A DNA stretch of 63,977 bases, counting the filler, from Octopus bimaculoides (taxonomy: Eukaryota): assembly GCF_001194135.2 (NCBI RefSeq). It is 4 parts of 4 records of this genome, joined end to end, with 100 filler letters (N's around TTAATTAATTAA, not from the genome) between each part and the next. Parts side by side here need not be neighbours in the genome. Positions count along the whole stretch, not along the records: positions 30,284 to 46,506 come from NC_068987.1; positions 46,607 to 61,043 come from NC_068982.1; 2 more parts are not named here. One strand, given 5' to 3'. A program made the translations under genes and the position numbers. The notes beneath the pieces were generated by a model. It did no database searches and was not told where the DNA came from. It worked only from the letters and a program-made list of their open reading frames with translations. This document shows positions 37,220 through 50,206 of the stretch, piece after piece. Within the stretch, counting starts at the first letter, position 1, and every line of letters begins with the position of its first letter.

Positions 37220-37473
37220 GGAAGACCAGCAGTCGCCTATGCATACCAGCCTCCTCTGTCCACGCTACCAGTGTTATCCAAGGGAATGGCAAAGGGGCCG
37301 ATATAGCTTGGCACTTGTGACGTCGCAACTCATTTCTACAGCCGAGTGAACTGAAGCAATGTGAAATAAAGTGTCTTGCTCAAGAATACAACACGCACCT
37401 CGGTCCGGGATTCGAACTCACAACCTCACGATCGTAATCTCGACGTTCTAACCACTGAGCCATGCGATTTCAC
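37220..37473 (-). mobile_element. tRNA-derived SINE, family D (CORE-like central motif)
   Basis: Reverse complement GTGAAATCGCATGGCTCAGTGGTTAGAACG...GAGTTCGAATCCC...TTCTTGAGCAAGACACTTTATTTCAC; homolog at 55925-56237. Confidence 0.85.
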
Positions 37474-37477
37474 TACG

Positions 37478-37533
<56 letters not shown>

Positions 37534-37556
37534 NNNNNNNNNNGTGTGTGTGTGTT

Positions 37557-37587
<31 letters not shown>

Positions 37588-37599
37588 ATGTGTGTGTGT

Positions 37600-37810
37600 A
37601 TGTGTGTGTGTGTGTGACAACGCATGCTAGTGTGTTCATGTCCTCGCTAACTTAGCGGTTCGACAAAAGACATCGAAAGAATAAGTGCCAAGTTTGCAAA
37701 GAATAAGTCCTGGAATCAATCTGTTCGACAAAAGGCGGTGCTCTGGCGTAGCCGCAGTCAAATGACTGAAACAAGTAAAAGAATAAAAGAATAAAAGAAT
37801 AAAAGAATAA
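37600..37810 (+). mobile_element. SINE family C, 3' half, with a (GAATAAAA)n tail
   Basis: CTAACTTAGCGGTTCGACAAAAG...GGCGGTGCTCTGGCGTAGCCGCAGTCAAATGACTGAAACAAGTAAAAGAATAAAAGAATAAAAG. Confidence 0.82.
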
Positions 37811-38389
37811 ATGGCTTCTAAGAGAGAATATTTAGGTTGCCATAGCTCAGTTCAAGTCAAGTCACGCATTTTTTTCTTTTACTTTTTCTTTTCGTTTGAT
37901 TAATCTAGTGACATGAAATCCACGTGGTAAAGAAGAGAGGACTCTGTTATCAGTGGGAATTCCGTCAGGATATTCAAATTCAGCGATGGCAGTTACCATG
38001 TGGTAATGTAACAGATTTGGAAGTATCGTATCACACATGACTTTCTGTGACAAGCATGGCTGCAGGGTCAGAGTAAACTCTACAAGCAGCGGTAATTATA
38101 AGCTTTGCCACTGTGCCTAGACCAGCAACACATAATGCAGTTTATCCGGCTCATCAACTTCTATCCATTGGCGGCTGAGAACCCGAATATAACAACATAG
38201 ACACATGTCAGAAATATAGTTATTTCTCCACGACTTTAACTGTTATGTTAGATACGTACTTTTAGGTGGATGCGATACATTTAGAAGTTTGTTTTCGAAA
38301 GAGATACTTGATATCATTCACCCACGTATGAGAAGTATTTTATTAAATACGATACCGAAAATCGTGATAAAGTAGAAATATTCATCAGT

Positions 38390-38425
<36 letters not shown>

Positions 38426-38771
38426 CCACACACACACATCCATACAAACGTGTATGTATATGTGTGTATGTATGTATGTCTGTATTTATGCATGTATGTA
38501 TGTATATATACGTATGCATATATGCATGTTGCATGCATTTAGGTATGTATAGATAGATAAATGGATAGATATATAGAGAGAGAGGGGGGAGAGAGAGAGA
38601 GAGAGATAAGCAGATAGATAGGTAGACACTTAATGAAATGAGGTGTATTAAGGGAAAAAGCTAATGTGATCGACGTCCAGTCAGAGCTGTCACACTCACA
38701 CAAACACACACAAGCACACACAAGCACACACAAGCACACACGTACGCACACACACACACACACACACACAA

Positions 38772-38825
<54 letters not shown>

Positions 38826-38879
38826 TTTGTTTGTTAAATCTGGAAATCATTAAATGAGTGGTCCTCGATCTTCAGTATC

Positions 38880-38911
38880 CTCATCATCGTCATCATCATC
38901 ATCACCTTCGC

Positions 38912-38945
<34 letters not shown>

Positions 38946-39203
38946 GTCATCCATCATCATCATCATCATCATCGTCATCCATCATCATCATCGTCATCCA
39001 TCATCATCGTCATCCATCATCCATCATCATCGTCATCCATCATCATCATCATCATCATCATCATCGTCATCGTCATCGTCATCACCATCGTCATCATCAT
39101 CATCATCGTCATCCATCATCATCATCATCGTCATCCATCATCATCATCATCATCGTCATCGTCATCGTCATCATCGTCATCGTCGTCATCGTCATCGTCA
39201 TCG
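38880..39203. repeat. Degenerate (CAT)n/(CGT)n microsatellite field
   Basis: Directly visible; source of the poly-H/S/I pseudo-ORFs. Confidence 0.95.
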
Positions 39204-40271
39204 TCCTGTCCCTCTGGACCATCACCATTGCCATTAGAAGCATCGGCATGATCGTGAACAGGGTTGTAGTGGGTTCCCTAAACAACAACCATCATCATTA
39301 ACAATACAACGATCTGCAATGACGATGATGAAATAGCGGAGAAGAAGGAGAGAGAGAGAACAAGGATGAGGTAAGAAGGAGCAAGAGTAGGAGGAGAATA
39401 TTCATGTTAGAACTAAAATAGCAAAGAAAAGGCATAAACAAACATGCAGATATTAATGACCGGTACTCAAACAGACGGAAAGTGTTCGCTTAAGTGAAGA
39501 TTATGACTACATCGCCATTGGTAGCAGTAGCAACATCATAGTCAGTAACGATAACACCACCACCAACAAGAACAAGAACAGCAACAACTACAACACTGTG
39601 GTCATTAAAACCAATTTACTAAAAAGAGAAGGCAATCATAGAAACACGTTAATGATCAACAGCGAACACACTAACAACATTAACTACCACAGTAACAACG
39701 ATAACCACAAGGCAGTGAAAGAGACAAGAAACTATACACTAACAAAATCAATAACCACAAATATATATTTATCAACAAACAATACATTAAACAAACAAAA
39801 CCGGAAGTGGAAGAAAGAAATGATTCGGCCGATTGGACATGCGTGAATAGCAATGAGTGGCGTGTCTGATCAGATCAACGGCACTGAGACGGAAACGGAA
39901 GCAGTTTAATTGCTCAGTGGTAACTAAATGGTTTGATATTATATAGCAATATGGCCGCTTGGCTGAGAAAATTACTTTGAGCACTGGACTGTGGATGATG
40001 GCGGCATTTATCATGTGAGAAATGACCGTCTGCATCATACACACGAATACACACAAACATAAATAAACATATATATATATATGTGTGTATATATATGCGT
40101 GTGTATGTGTGCGGTGTGTGTATTCACGCCATTCATATGTATGTGTGTATATTTTTTGTGACTATGTTTGTATCCTTATAGCACACATATTGAAGAGATA
40201 CGCAGACAGTGTAACAAGTGTGTGTATACATATATATATGAATACAGAGAGCGGGAGAGAGTGGTAGGCAG

Positions 40272-40346
<75 letters not shown>

Positions 40347-41399
40347 GAGAGGGAGAGAAAGAAAAACAGATATACACCCACACATCCATTTACCTATTTC
40401 TATATTGGTATGTTTGTGTTTGTATGTGGATGGGTGTGAGTGGGGGAAGTGCGTGCGTGAGTGTATGTGTGTGCCTGTGTGTGTATGTATGTGCGTGCGT
40501 GTGTGTGTGTGTGTGTGTATGTGTGTGTGTGTGTGTGCGTGTGTTTAGATAAACATATAATGGAGTAAGGATTTCACTGTACCTCCATATTGTTCCGAGT
40601 TCATTCCCCTTAAGGGAAAGTATCTTCTACAACTGACTCAACGGAAACCGTTCAAATTTCCGTCGCTTCTTTATGCATGTGCATATATATAGGTGAAATT
40701 TATCGAGAAACAAAAGACGAAGACAGGTGTATGAACATGAAGCAAGTGTACTAGTTTGACGCTCGGGAAAATGATAAAGTCGTTTATGTTTCGAGCCTAC
40801 GCTCTTCAACTGAAAGGAATTCGAGAAAATAAGCAGGGAGATATATACAGAGAAATTGAGAGAGAAAGAGAGAGAGAAATAGATACATTTTTCGATGTAT
40901 AAGCTTATGTGCTTAGCTGTGCTCATAAATGCACTCTAAGAAATATTTTTGTTTCATTAGCATTATATGAATTCTTTTTCAAACCACTACCTATGTGTTG
41001 ATTATACTTCACCGAGGAGATCCAATGAGACTGAAATGCATCTGGAATTGACATCATGTATTGTACTCATCTTCAAATTTATGGTAAACTTATTTTTCTA
41101 TTTTTCTTTACCTTTAACAATGTCAGAGTACTGACGATAGTAAATGTTTTTCTCATTACGACTATAATCTAAGTTGCTAAAACATAACATCGATGCACCG
41201 CGTTCCATATTTTTCTCTTATTTGTTAAGCCCTTCGCTCCATGTGGATTATAAGCCATCGACAACTTTTCTCCGCTGTTTCCAACTCTGGACGTTCTCTA
41301 CCATGTCTTGTTGGTTTTGCGTTGTCATGGGTGCTTCTGTAAATTTGCTTTCCTCTTGTTAAAGTAGTTGACCCTACACCTCTGAGAAGAGGTGTTCCA

Positions 41400-41700
41400 T
41401 ATGAATCTAGGTTCTATATTTTGACTTGCCCAGTATAAGATTCCCTACAAGGAGCATGAGCTCCAATGTTATAAATCTCAGAGTAATTGAATCCCGTAAG
41501 CTGCCATGCTGCAAGAATGACTGGACGTTATGGCAGACATCATTTATGATGGCGTGAAGATACCTATAACTTCTTTAGGCAGAACTTACCTTTCGGACAT
41601 TTTCCTGTGTCACAATAGCTAACGACTTGCAACAATCCTAACATCAATACCACTATCCATGCCATACATCATGGCCATAGCATATCATATCACATTAAAC
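41400..41700 (-). mobile_element. Very old CR1/L2-like LINE remnant
   Basis: Faint similarity on the minus strand to the SRLDYC...VQ..F.....NY.E.L..L.L pattern; multiple frameshifts. Confidence 0.3.
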
Positions 41701-41836
41701 CTGCTCTTTATATCACTTTCATTCGCAATATTTCTTCTTTACACATTTTCTTACTCTACGTTGCATTCACGTGACTTCTCTACGCGAGTCTATACTATCT
41801 ATACTAAAACACAAGTAGACAATATCTATGGCTGAC

Positions 41837-42025
41837 ATAAGGCGGTGAGTTAGTAACATCGTTAGTAATCTTGGCAAAATGCTTAACGACATTTCGTCCA
41901 TCATTATGTTCTGAGTTCAAATTCCGCCGAAGTCGACTTTGCCTTTCATCCTTTCGGGGTCACTAAAATAAGTATCAATTTAATACCATCCTCAAAGCTA
42001 CTAGCCTTGTGCCAAAAGTTGAAAT
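41837..42025 (+). mobile_element. SINE family B with a perfect 17 bp TSD
   Basis: CAATATCTATGGCTGAC occurs at 41820-41836 and 42026-42042. Confidence 0.9.
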
Positions 42026-42439
42026 CAATATCTATGGCTGACGTGTTGAACTCCTCACCACGGATGGTGGTCTATTTGCATTCAGATTTGAAACCCCGTA
42101 TGAAAATGTGGTTTTAAACTTAAAGAGAAAAACAGTAATTTCACTAAGTTAGTAAAATTAAAGAGTCGTTATTTCCCACAACACAAATGCTCCCCCACAC
42201 ACATACACACCCCTCTCACAGGTTCGCTTAGTTTCTGTTGTGTAATTTTGTCTCTGATACTGAAATAGGTCTCCACCGTGCCATACAAGACCGTTCAACA
42301 CGCTAGAATAGTAGCTAATTAAGGATAATCTCGTTTTAAATGCAAGTTGGAATAAAATACGGGTTAGTCTCATGTAGAGCGAATTTGATCAGAGCTAACC
42401 TGAACAGTACAGCATTTCCAAACTCACTACACTTAACTA

Positions 42440-42821
42440 CGTTGGCACTCCGTCGCTTACGACGACGAGGGTTCCTGTTGATCCGATCAACGGAACAGCC
42501 TGCTCGTGAAATTAACGTGCAAGTGGCTGAGCACTCCACAGACACGTGTACCCTTAAAGTAGTTTTCAGAGATATTCAGCGTGACGCTGTGTGACAAGGC
42601 TGACCCTTTGAATTACAGGCACAACAGAAACAGGAAGTAAGAGCGAGAGAAAGTTGTGGTGAAAGAGCACAGCAGGGTTCGCCACCATCCCCTGTCGGAA
42701 CCACGTGGAGCTTTTAAGTGTTTTCGCTCAATAAACACTCACAACGCCCGGTCTGGGAATCGAAACCGCGATCCTATGACCGCGTGTCCGCTGCCCTAAC
42801 CACTGGGCCATTGCGCCTCCA
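42440..42821 (-). mobile_element. SINE family A, full length, with a 10 bp TSD
   Basis: TSD CACTTAACTA at 42430-39 and 42822-31; close to the 10028 and 27739 copies. Confidence 0.93.
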
Positions 42822-42853
42822 CACTTAACTATACAACATGCAATATTACACTG

Positions 42854-43065
42854 AACTAAGGCAGGGAGCTGACAAATCCTTAGCACACCAGGACGGATGC
42901 TTAGAGTCATTTCGTTCCTCTTTACGTTCTGATTTCGAATCCTGTCATGATCGACTTCGCCTTTTATCTATTCGGAGTTTGATAAAATAATACTACTTCA
43001 ACACTGGAGTTCATGTATTCGACTTATCCACTCGCCTGATATCACTGGCCTTATGCTGAAATTTG
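42854..43065 (+). mobile_element. SINE family B with a 12 bp TSD
   Basis: AATATTACACTG occurs at 42842-53 and 43066-77. Confidence 0.8.
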
Positions 43066-43087
43066 AATATTACACTGTAATGTTGGG

Positions 43088-43297
43088 TGCTGAGCTGGCA
43101 GAATCGTTAATACGCCAAGTAAAATACTTAACGACATTCCGTCCGTTTTTATGTTCTGCGTTCAAACTCCCTCGAGGTCGATCTTGCTTCTCATTGTCTT
43201 GGGGGTTGATAAAATAAGTACCTGTTGTGCTCTCAGATTGATTTGATCGTCATTCACCCTTCCACGAATTTGCTGGCCTTGTGCCAAAATTTGAAAC
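43088..43297 (+). mobile_element. SINE family B, tandem to the previous copy
   Basis: GAGCTGGCAGAATCGTT...GGGGTTGATAAAATAAGTACC...GGCCTTGTGCCAAAATTTGAAAC. Confidence 0.85.
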
Positions 43298-44823
43298 TAA
43301 TATTATACTTTACCGCACTGCATACATCACACAACATTGTTTCTGTGATTGCATTTCGATGATATTTTACTCACTTATGCCACGAATACAATTCGGAAAA
43401 GTGTGAGGGTCACACAATTTCACTATCAGCTTGTGTAAATAAATAATTATGTTTTTGAGGATTTGACACTCAGATATATTTTTTGTTGGGCATTTGGAGT
43501 GTCGCTTAAATACAGGGTATCTCTTAACTGGGAAATGGCAATAGTTGTGATAGAGTGTTGTATGGTTTCCCATTGTAGAGGGTTTTGAAGTGTTTTGTGT
43601 AATCTAATGAGGTAAAGCATAGTGTTATGTTGTGTGATGTATGCTGTGCAATAAAGTATAATATTAGTTTCAAATTTGAGTTCAAATTCCGCTGAGACTG
43701 ACTTTGCCTTTCGTCCCCAGGGTGTCGATAAAATAATTACCAGTTTGATGTAATCGACTTACCCCGAACATTCTGGTCTTGAGCTAAAATTTGAAGCCAA
43801 TATAATTTCATTCACTTTCTGAATGCTTTATAACAATATAAACTAACATCAGTACTTGGTGTTTATTCACTGTTAAGCAAAGCTGAGATGCGAGGTTATG
43901 ATCTTCATGCAATTCCAAGGTGAATAATAATGTGTGACGAAAAATTAAGTAGCTTGAAAATTGGTGCCTTGAAAATTCGAAACCGTATCAACACGCTGCC
44001 GACATTAACACGTCTCGGCGGCTGGTTATTTTGTTACAATATAGCGGTTTGCGTTTATTTGCAACAAGAACAAACAACCCAATAATAAAAGCCGACAACT
44101 ACACCCTCTCACATATACTGAAGTATACAGTGTTAGCACGCATTAAGAACAACGTACACATAATGCCAACAAGGCACCACGCTGTTCTGAACAGTGTTGG
44201 CCATTTACATTACCAGCTGCTTAGCGAAATGATTTTGGTAAGGCGTGAAATTAGAAGTAATTTAGAGCAGAGTATCCCGCTGAGTGGAGAACCTTTGTTT
44301 TAGCCTTTGCTTTCAATATACACAAATACATACTGCGTAGTTTATTATATGCATACATACATACATACATATNNNNNNNNNNNNNNNNNNNNNNNNNNNN
44401 NNNNNNNNNNNNNNNNNNNNNNNNNNNNNNNNNNNNNNNNNNNNNNNNNNNNNNNNNNNNNNNNNNNNNNNNNNNNNNNNNNNNNNNNNNNNNNNNNNNT
44501 ATATATATATGTAAGTTTATATATTATGTGTATATGTATATATACACACACATATAGGAAGAGAGAGAAAAGAAAGAGGAGATACAGAGACAGAGACAGA
44601 GAGTGGGAGAGGGAAGGAGAATGAGAGGAAATGACTATGCACTGTTTGTTTTCAGTGATGGATGTAGAATTGAAAAGTAACCAATGTTGGATTGTTTTTG
44701 TGTGGAATTTCGTACACTTTGTCACACTCCAGTTGGCATAGTGCTTAATTTTAGATATAACAATATATGTCTATATACATATACACACTTCCATGTATTT
44801 GTGTGACGAGTGAATGTGTGTGC

Positions 44824-44869
<46 letters not shown>

Positions 44870-45399
44870 GCGCATATATATATATATATATACGCGCACT
44901 CACACAAACGCGTACATTGGGTTATGTATATGTGAGTGTGCTTCTAATGGACGTATTATATACCCGTACGCACCCACATGATATATAAGTACGTGCGTAT
45001 ATACATACATTTACTTATACAAACACACACATACACACAAACAAGCCTTCACATTCATTTCTGCTTTTGCCTGTTGACCGGAAATGAGAAACCCTGAGTA
45101 GAGGCTCAGATTCACTCAGACTTGAGTGGACAGTATTATTTTGATATTTCTTTTAGATTTTATATATTCAGTTTATTTCAAGATTTCTTATCAATAGAAA
45201 AAGAACCGGTTTCTAACCTAGATAAAAGGCTCCTTCATTGGAATTTCAAATTCAAACAACAGGGTATTTTTATTTGTATGTAGGAATGTACTTACGCTTG
45301 TCTGTATGTCTGTATCTATGTATGTATGTTGTACGTGCAGATTTGTATGTTTTAGTGTATGTATGTATTCATCAACGTTGATATTCGCCATCCGCTGCA

Positions 45400-46445
45400 G
45401 TTTTGCCTGCCTTGATCTACTGCCTCCCAGTGTTACTTCCCTGATAATATTTTCCAAACCTCTGCTTATTCGAATATGCTCATTATAGATGAGCTTTTGC
45501 TTTTTCTCATTGTTCAGCAGCTTTCGACTTTCACCGACTCGTTGTAACACTCATTCACATATCCACCATCCTTGCAAGAACCTTATAACACTCTCCTATA
45601 CACCCTCAAACGCAATTTGTTCATTTTTCGCAACCGAAAATGCTTGATGGTGAAATGAGTCACATACAAGCCTGTTTTTTTTGTTTTTTTTGCTGTTTTC
45701 GTAATTATTGTAGACACTTTTGCTGGTCCAGATGTTATTGAGTTTTCCCAATGGAAATTCTTGCCATGGCTAGCCGTGTCTTAATTTCGTTCTAACATAT
45801 GGCTTCATCAAAGATTTGGGCTACAAGATACTTGTACGATTCAACAAGTTCGAGCCCCTTCCTGCTCAGTGTGATGTTAACATTTGCTTTCTCTATTCTT
45901 ACTACCATGAATTGTTTTCTTATGGTTGAGATAAAGACCATACGTATTTGATACATACTTGGTTCTGTTTAATAATTCTTGTAGTCCGTCTTCAGTCTTG
46001 GTAAGTACAACAGTATCGTCTGCACTCGTTAGGTTAGTAATATGAAAGCCATCTATTTCGGCCGATATTCATTCTGTATTGCTTCTCCTATTCTCCACTC
46101 AGTCTAACTGTTGAACAAACGTGGAGAAAGAATACAACCCCGACAAACAACTTCCGCATTACTGAACTTTTTTCTGTGTTGATATTTACACAAATGCAGG
46201 GCTCTTGCTGAAAGTAAAGCTGCTTGATGAGTTTATTTAGGTGTTTCGGAATGTTGACATTAGGCATGAAGCGCCATATGTGGCTGTAGTTTGCACAGTC
46301 AAAAGCTTTCTGTAGTCATAGAAGCAAAGGTAAGTTGTAAGGTTGTGTGTTCTTGTTTTTGTCAAAAATTGTGCGGAAATTGTGCAGATAATCTCCCGTG
46401 TGACGCCCGCTTTTAAAGCCAGCTTGTTCTAGTTCGAGGAACGGT
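45400..46445 (-). mobile_element. RTE-clade LINE fragment (RT domain to C-terminus), decayed
   Basis: Minus translation DYRKAFD, RGCILSPRLFN, ITNLTSADDTVVL (YADD-like), GLYLNHKKT, and tracked ORF 45218-45550 LQRVGESRKLL...HIR...GSRSR. Confidence 0.85.
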
Positions 46446-46902
46446 CTCAAATATTCTAGGTCTCTCTTGCCTTCTCTATCTCTCTCTCCATATATATATA
46501 TATATANNNNNNNNNNNNNNNNNNNNNNNNNNNNNNNNNNNNNNNNNNNNTTAATTAATTAANNNNNNNNNNNNNNNNNNNNNNNNNNNNNNNNNNNNNN
46601 NNNNNNTAGACGAAATGTCTGACGAATCAGAAGGGGGTAAAGGCAACGCATTTGGTTCTATTTGTGTGTTTGTCGATGGTGTTGTGGTGTGTGGTGTGTG
46701 TGGTGTGTGTGTTGTTGGGGAATTGGGAGTAGTATTGGTCTTTTCTTCGTTCTCAGTGGTTGTCTTCTTGGTTGTTGTTCTTGGTGGTGTTGTTTCTGTT
46801 TTTGACTCAGGTGGTGGTGTTGTTTGGTTGGGTTGGTTTGTTCGTTGTTGCCGTTCTTTCGTTTTCGCATATAGCTGCTTGATCAGTAGATAGATAGATA
46901 TG

Positions 46903-47035
46903 TTTCTTTATTAGCCACATAGGGCTGAACACATAGTGGACAAGTTACAAAGTAGAGCTTTTCTTTTTGGGGAGGAAAAGAAAAAATAAATATATATATA
47001 AATTTTTTTTAATAAAAAATAGAAAAAGGGGGCTA
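46903..47035 (-). mobile_element. Probable short LINE 3' end (AATAAA, then a TATC tail) flanked by (GATA)n
   Basis: Reverse complement ...GCTCTACTTTGTAACTTGTCCACTATGTGTTCAGCCCTATGTGGCTAATAAAGAAACATATCTATCTATC; family assignment is by resemblance only. Confidence 0.45.
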
Positions 47036-47809
47036 GATAGATAGATAGATGGACAGACAGACAGATACCTAATATCTCCGTTCGTAGTAGCATTATATGC
47101 TGGCTAAAACTCTTCACGTATATTCTACAGTGCATAAAATAGTAACAAAATAAAGTCCTGTTAACAAAACACTAATATACTTATAAACGTGTAAGTAGTT
47201 TTGTCTATTATGTGTATTTGCCAAAGGCAGAGTACAATGCATCTAACAGTAAAGAAAAAGTCGGCATTTAACCGATGTTTATCCAATACTGCAATGTCTA
47301 AGCCACCTGCAATTTGTTCTCAGTGCGGTTAAAATAGTATAACGTGGAAGTTACTAATTATAACGGTAGCGTTAAAAATTGATCATTCTTCTGATACTAA
47401 TCATTTTAGAATTTCTCGATAATGAATTTTTCCATTGACACCGATAACGGAGAACTGCGAATAAATTAGTGAGTTAGATAGCATTGATAAATACATTAGA
47501 AACAAATTATGTATTTAAACACACGACAGCAACCGCACATGGATATTCTCCTGAGTGTGTCTACATTTATACATTGTTACAACCTTTGAATAAAGGTGTT
47601 TGTTGTTGCTTACATGCACAGGCACATGTACACACAGAAATATGCATACATGCGTATATATATTATGATTAAACTTTGGAAGCATCGATTATGTGTGGTA
47701 TTTTACAGACAAGAAATAAATTTCAAACGCAGTAAAGCTGTCAACAGAGCAAAAACTATTGTTTCTTTGCTGTCCTTAGAGCTTTACTGTGTTCGAAATT
47801 TCCTTTGTT

Positions 47810-48214
47810 GGCGTGGTTGTGTGATAAAAAGCTTGCTTCCCAATCACATGGTTCTTGGTTCAGTCCCACTGCATGGCACTTTGGGAAAGTGTCTTCTACT
47901 GTAGCCTCGGGCGGACCAAAGCCTTGTGAGTAGAATTGGTAGACGGAAAGCGAAAGAAATCCGTCGTGTATATGTGTGCGTGCGCGGCGTGTGTTTATAT
48001 TTATGAGTGTGTCTGTGTTTGTGTTTTCCCCCACATCATCGCTTGACAGCCGATGTTGGTGTGATTGCGTCCCCGTAACGTAGCAGTTTCGTAATAGAGT
48101 CCGATTAGAACAAGTACCAGGCTTACAAAGAATAAGTCCTGGGGTCGATTTGTTCGTCTAAAAAAGAAGTGCTCCAGCATAGCCGTGATCAAATTATTGA
48201 AACAAGTAAAAGAA
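47810..48214 (+). mobile_element. SINE family C, full length (tRNA-like head, CORE-like TTGGGAAAGTG motif, internal GT microsatellite, 3' body)
   Basis: GGCGTGGTTGTGTGATAAAAAGCTTGCTTCCC...GGTTCAGTCCCACTGC...CGCTTGACAGCCGATGTTGG...GAAACAAGTAAAAGAA. Confidence 0.9.
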
Positions 48215-49056
48215 TATATATGTGTGTGTGTTTGTGTGCGTATTCATATACACACACAGAGAAAGGTATATATATATTGAGATATCTTCATTCAATTTGT
48301 TTCAAATGAAGTGGGCTTCTTGCCACTTTAGTACTCAATACGTGGTGCTTGTGTAGAACTTAATATTCTTAAGTATAAAATCTAACACAACGATCGGTGC
48401 AATATTCTATCAATACAAGTCTATGTGTGTATGTGTTAGTGTGTACACATATGTTTTGTAATATTTACCGTCCAACTGCAAGTATGATATTTAACATCCA
48501 TTTATATGAAGGGAATATGACATATAAAAAGTGCATGTAGAGGTTACAAAGAGATAGATAGTAAAGGAATAACTCATATATAAACAATCTGTCAGAGAAG
48601 AAGTAAGAATGGTTTTCTTTTCCCCCTCCTTTAATGCATATATATATATATCTGTGTGTATGTACTCTCCGGTTGAAGACGATGTAAGAGCGATTAGCTT
48701 TTGTCGAACGACCGGCACAAATGATTTGTTAATAGTGATCAAATGTTTGTGCCGCATAATAACTCACTCCCTTCATCAAATCGATGTTGTCTGAACAATG
48801 TACCACGCCTCAGATGTCGAAGTGATCGCGGCGCAATGGGAGATGCATAACGCACCACCCTGTGTAGCTCGTGAGTACAACACCACCACCAGATCATGCG
48901 ACTTCAAATATATGTATGTATATATATACATATATATAGATAGATATATACGTACATACATACATACATATATAAAATAAGCTACATATAGATATGTATG
49001 CATATATATATATACACACACACACATACACACATACACATATATATACATATACA

Positions 49057-49092
<36 letters not shown>

Positions 49093-50174
49093 NNNNNNNN
49101 NNNNNNNNNNNNNNNNNNNNNNNNNNNNNNNNNNNNNNNNNNNNNNNNNNNNNNNNNNNNNNNNNNNNNNNNNNNNNNNNNNNNNNNNNNNNNNNNNNNN
49201 NNNNNNNNNNNNNNNNNNNNNNNNNNNNNNNNNNNNNNNNNNNNNNNNNNNNNNNNNNNNNNNNNNNNNNNNNNNNNNNNNNNNNNNNNNNNNNNNNNNN
49301 NNNNNNNNNNNNNNNNNNNNNNNNNNNNNNNNNNNNNNNNNNNNNNNNNNNNNNNNNNNNNNNNNNNNNNNNNNNNNNNNNNNNNNNNNNNNNNNNNNNN
49401 NNNNNNNNNNNNNNNNNNNNNNNNNNNNNNNNNNNNNNNNNNNNNNNNNNNNNNNNNNNNNNNNNNNNNNNNNNNNNNNNNNNNNNNNNNNNNNNNNNNN
49501 NNNNNNNNNNNNNNNNNNNNNNNNNNNNNNNNNNNNNNNNNNNNNNNNNNNNNNNNNNNNNNNNNNNNNNNNNNNNNNNNNNNNNNNNNNNNNNNNNNNN
49601 NNNNNNNNNNNNNNNNNNNNNNNNNNNNNNNNNNNNNNNNNNNNNNNNNNNNNNNNNNNNNNNNNNNNNNNNNNNNNNNNNNNNNNNNNNNNNNNNNNNN
49701 NNNNNNNNNNNNNNNNNNNNNNNNNNNNNNNNNNNNNNNNNNNNNNNNNNNNNNNNNNNNNNNNNNNNNNNNNNNNNNNNNNNNNNNNNNNNNNNNNNNN
49801 NNNNNNNNNNNNNNNNNNNNNNNNNNNNNNNNNNNNNNNNNNNNNNNNNNNNNNNNNNNNNNNNNNNNNNNNNNNNNNNNNNNNNNNNNNNNNNNNNNNN
49901 NNNNNNNNNNNNNNNNNNNNNNNNNNNNNNNNNNNNNNNNNNNNNNNNNNNNNNNNNNNNNNNNNNNNNNNNNNNNNNNNNNNNNNNNNNNNNNNNNNNN
50001 NNNNNNNNNNNNNNNNNNNNNNNNNNNNNNNNNNNNNNNNNNNNNNNNNNNNNNNNNNNNNNNNNNNNNNNNNNNNNNNATATATAATGATAAGACATAT
50101 ATATATATATATTTCTATATATATATATATATATACACACACATCGCGCACACTTGCATGCATAATGTTTTGCG

Positions 50175-50206
<32 letters not shown>

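Noticed and set aside
40770-40815. Minus-strand TTGAAGAGC-GTAG-GCTC-GAAAC
   Set aside because: The hairpin consumes the core G8/A9, and there is no NUH triplet or stem III.
43953-44303. 116-codon open frame in unique DNA with an internal TTG|GTAAGG donor
   Set aside because: No recognisable domain; an open frame of this length can arise by chance in six frames of 64 kb.
48768-48876. CpG-rich patch with GTGAGT donors on both strands (possible 92-nt minus exon, 48768-48859)
   Set aside because: The acceptor context is weak, the strand is ambiguous and the translation is unrecognised.
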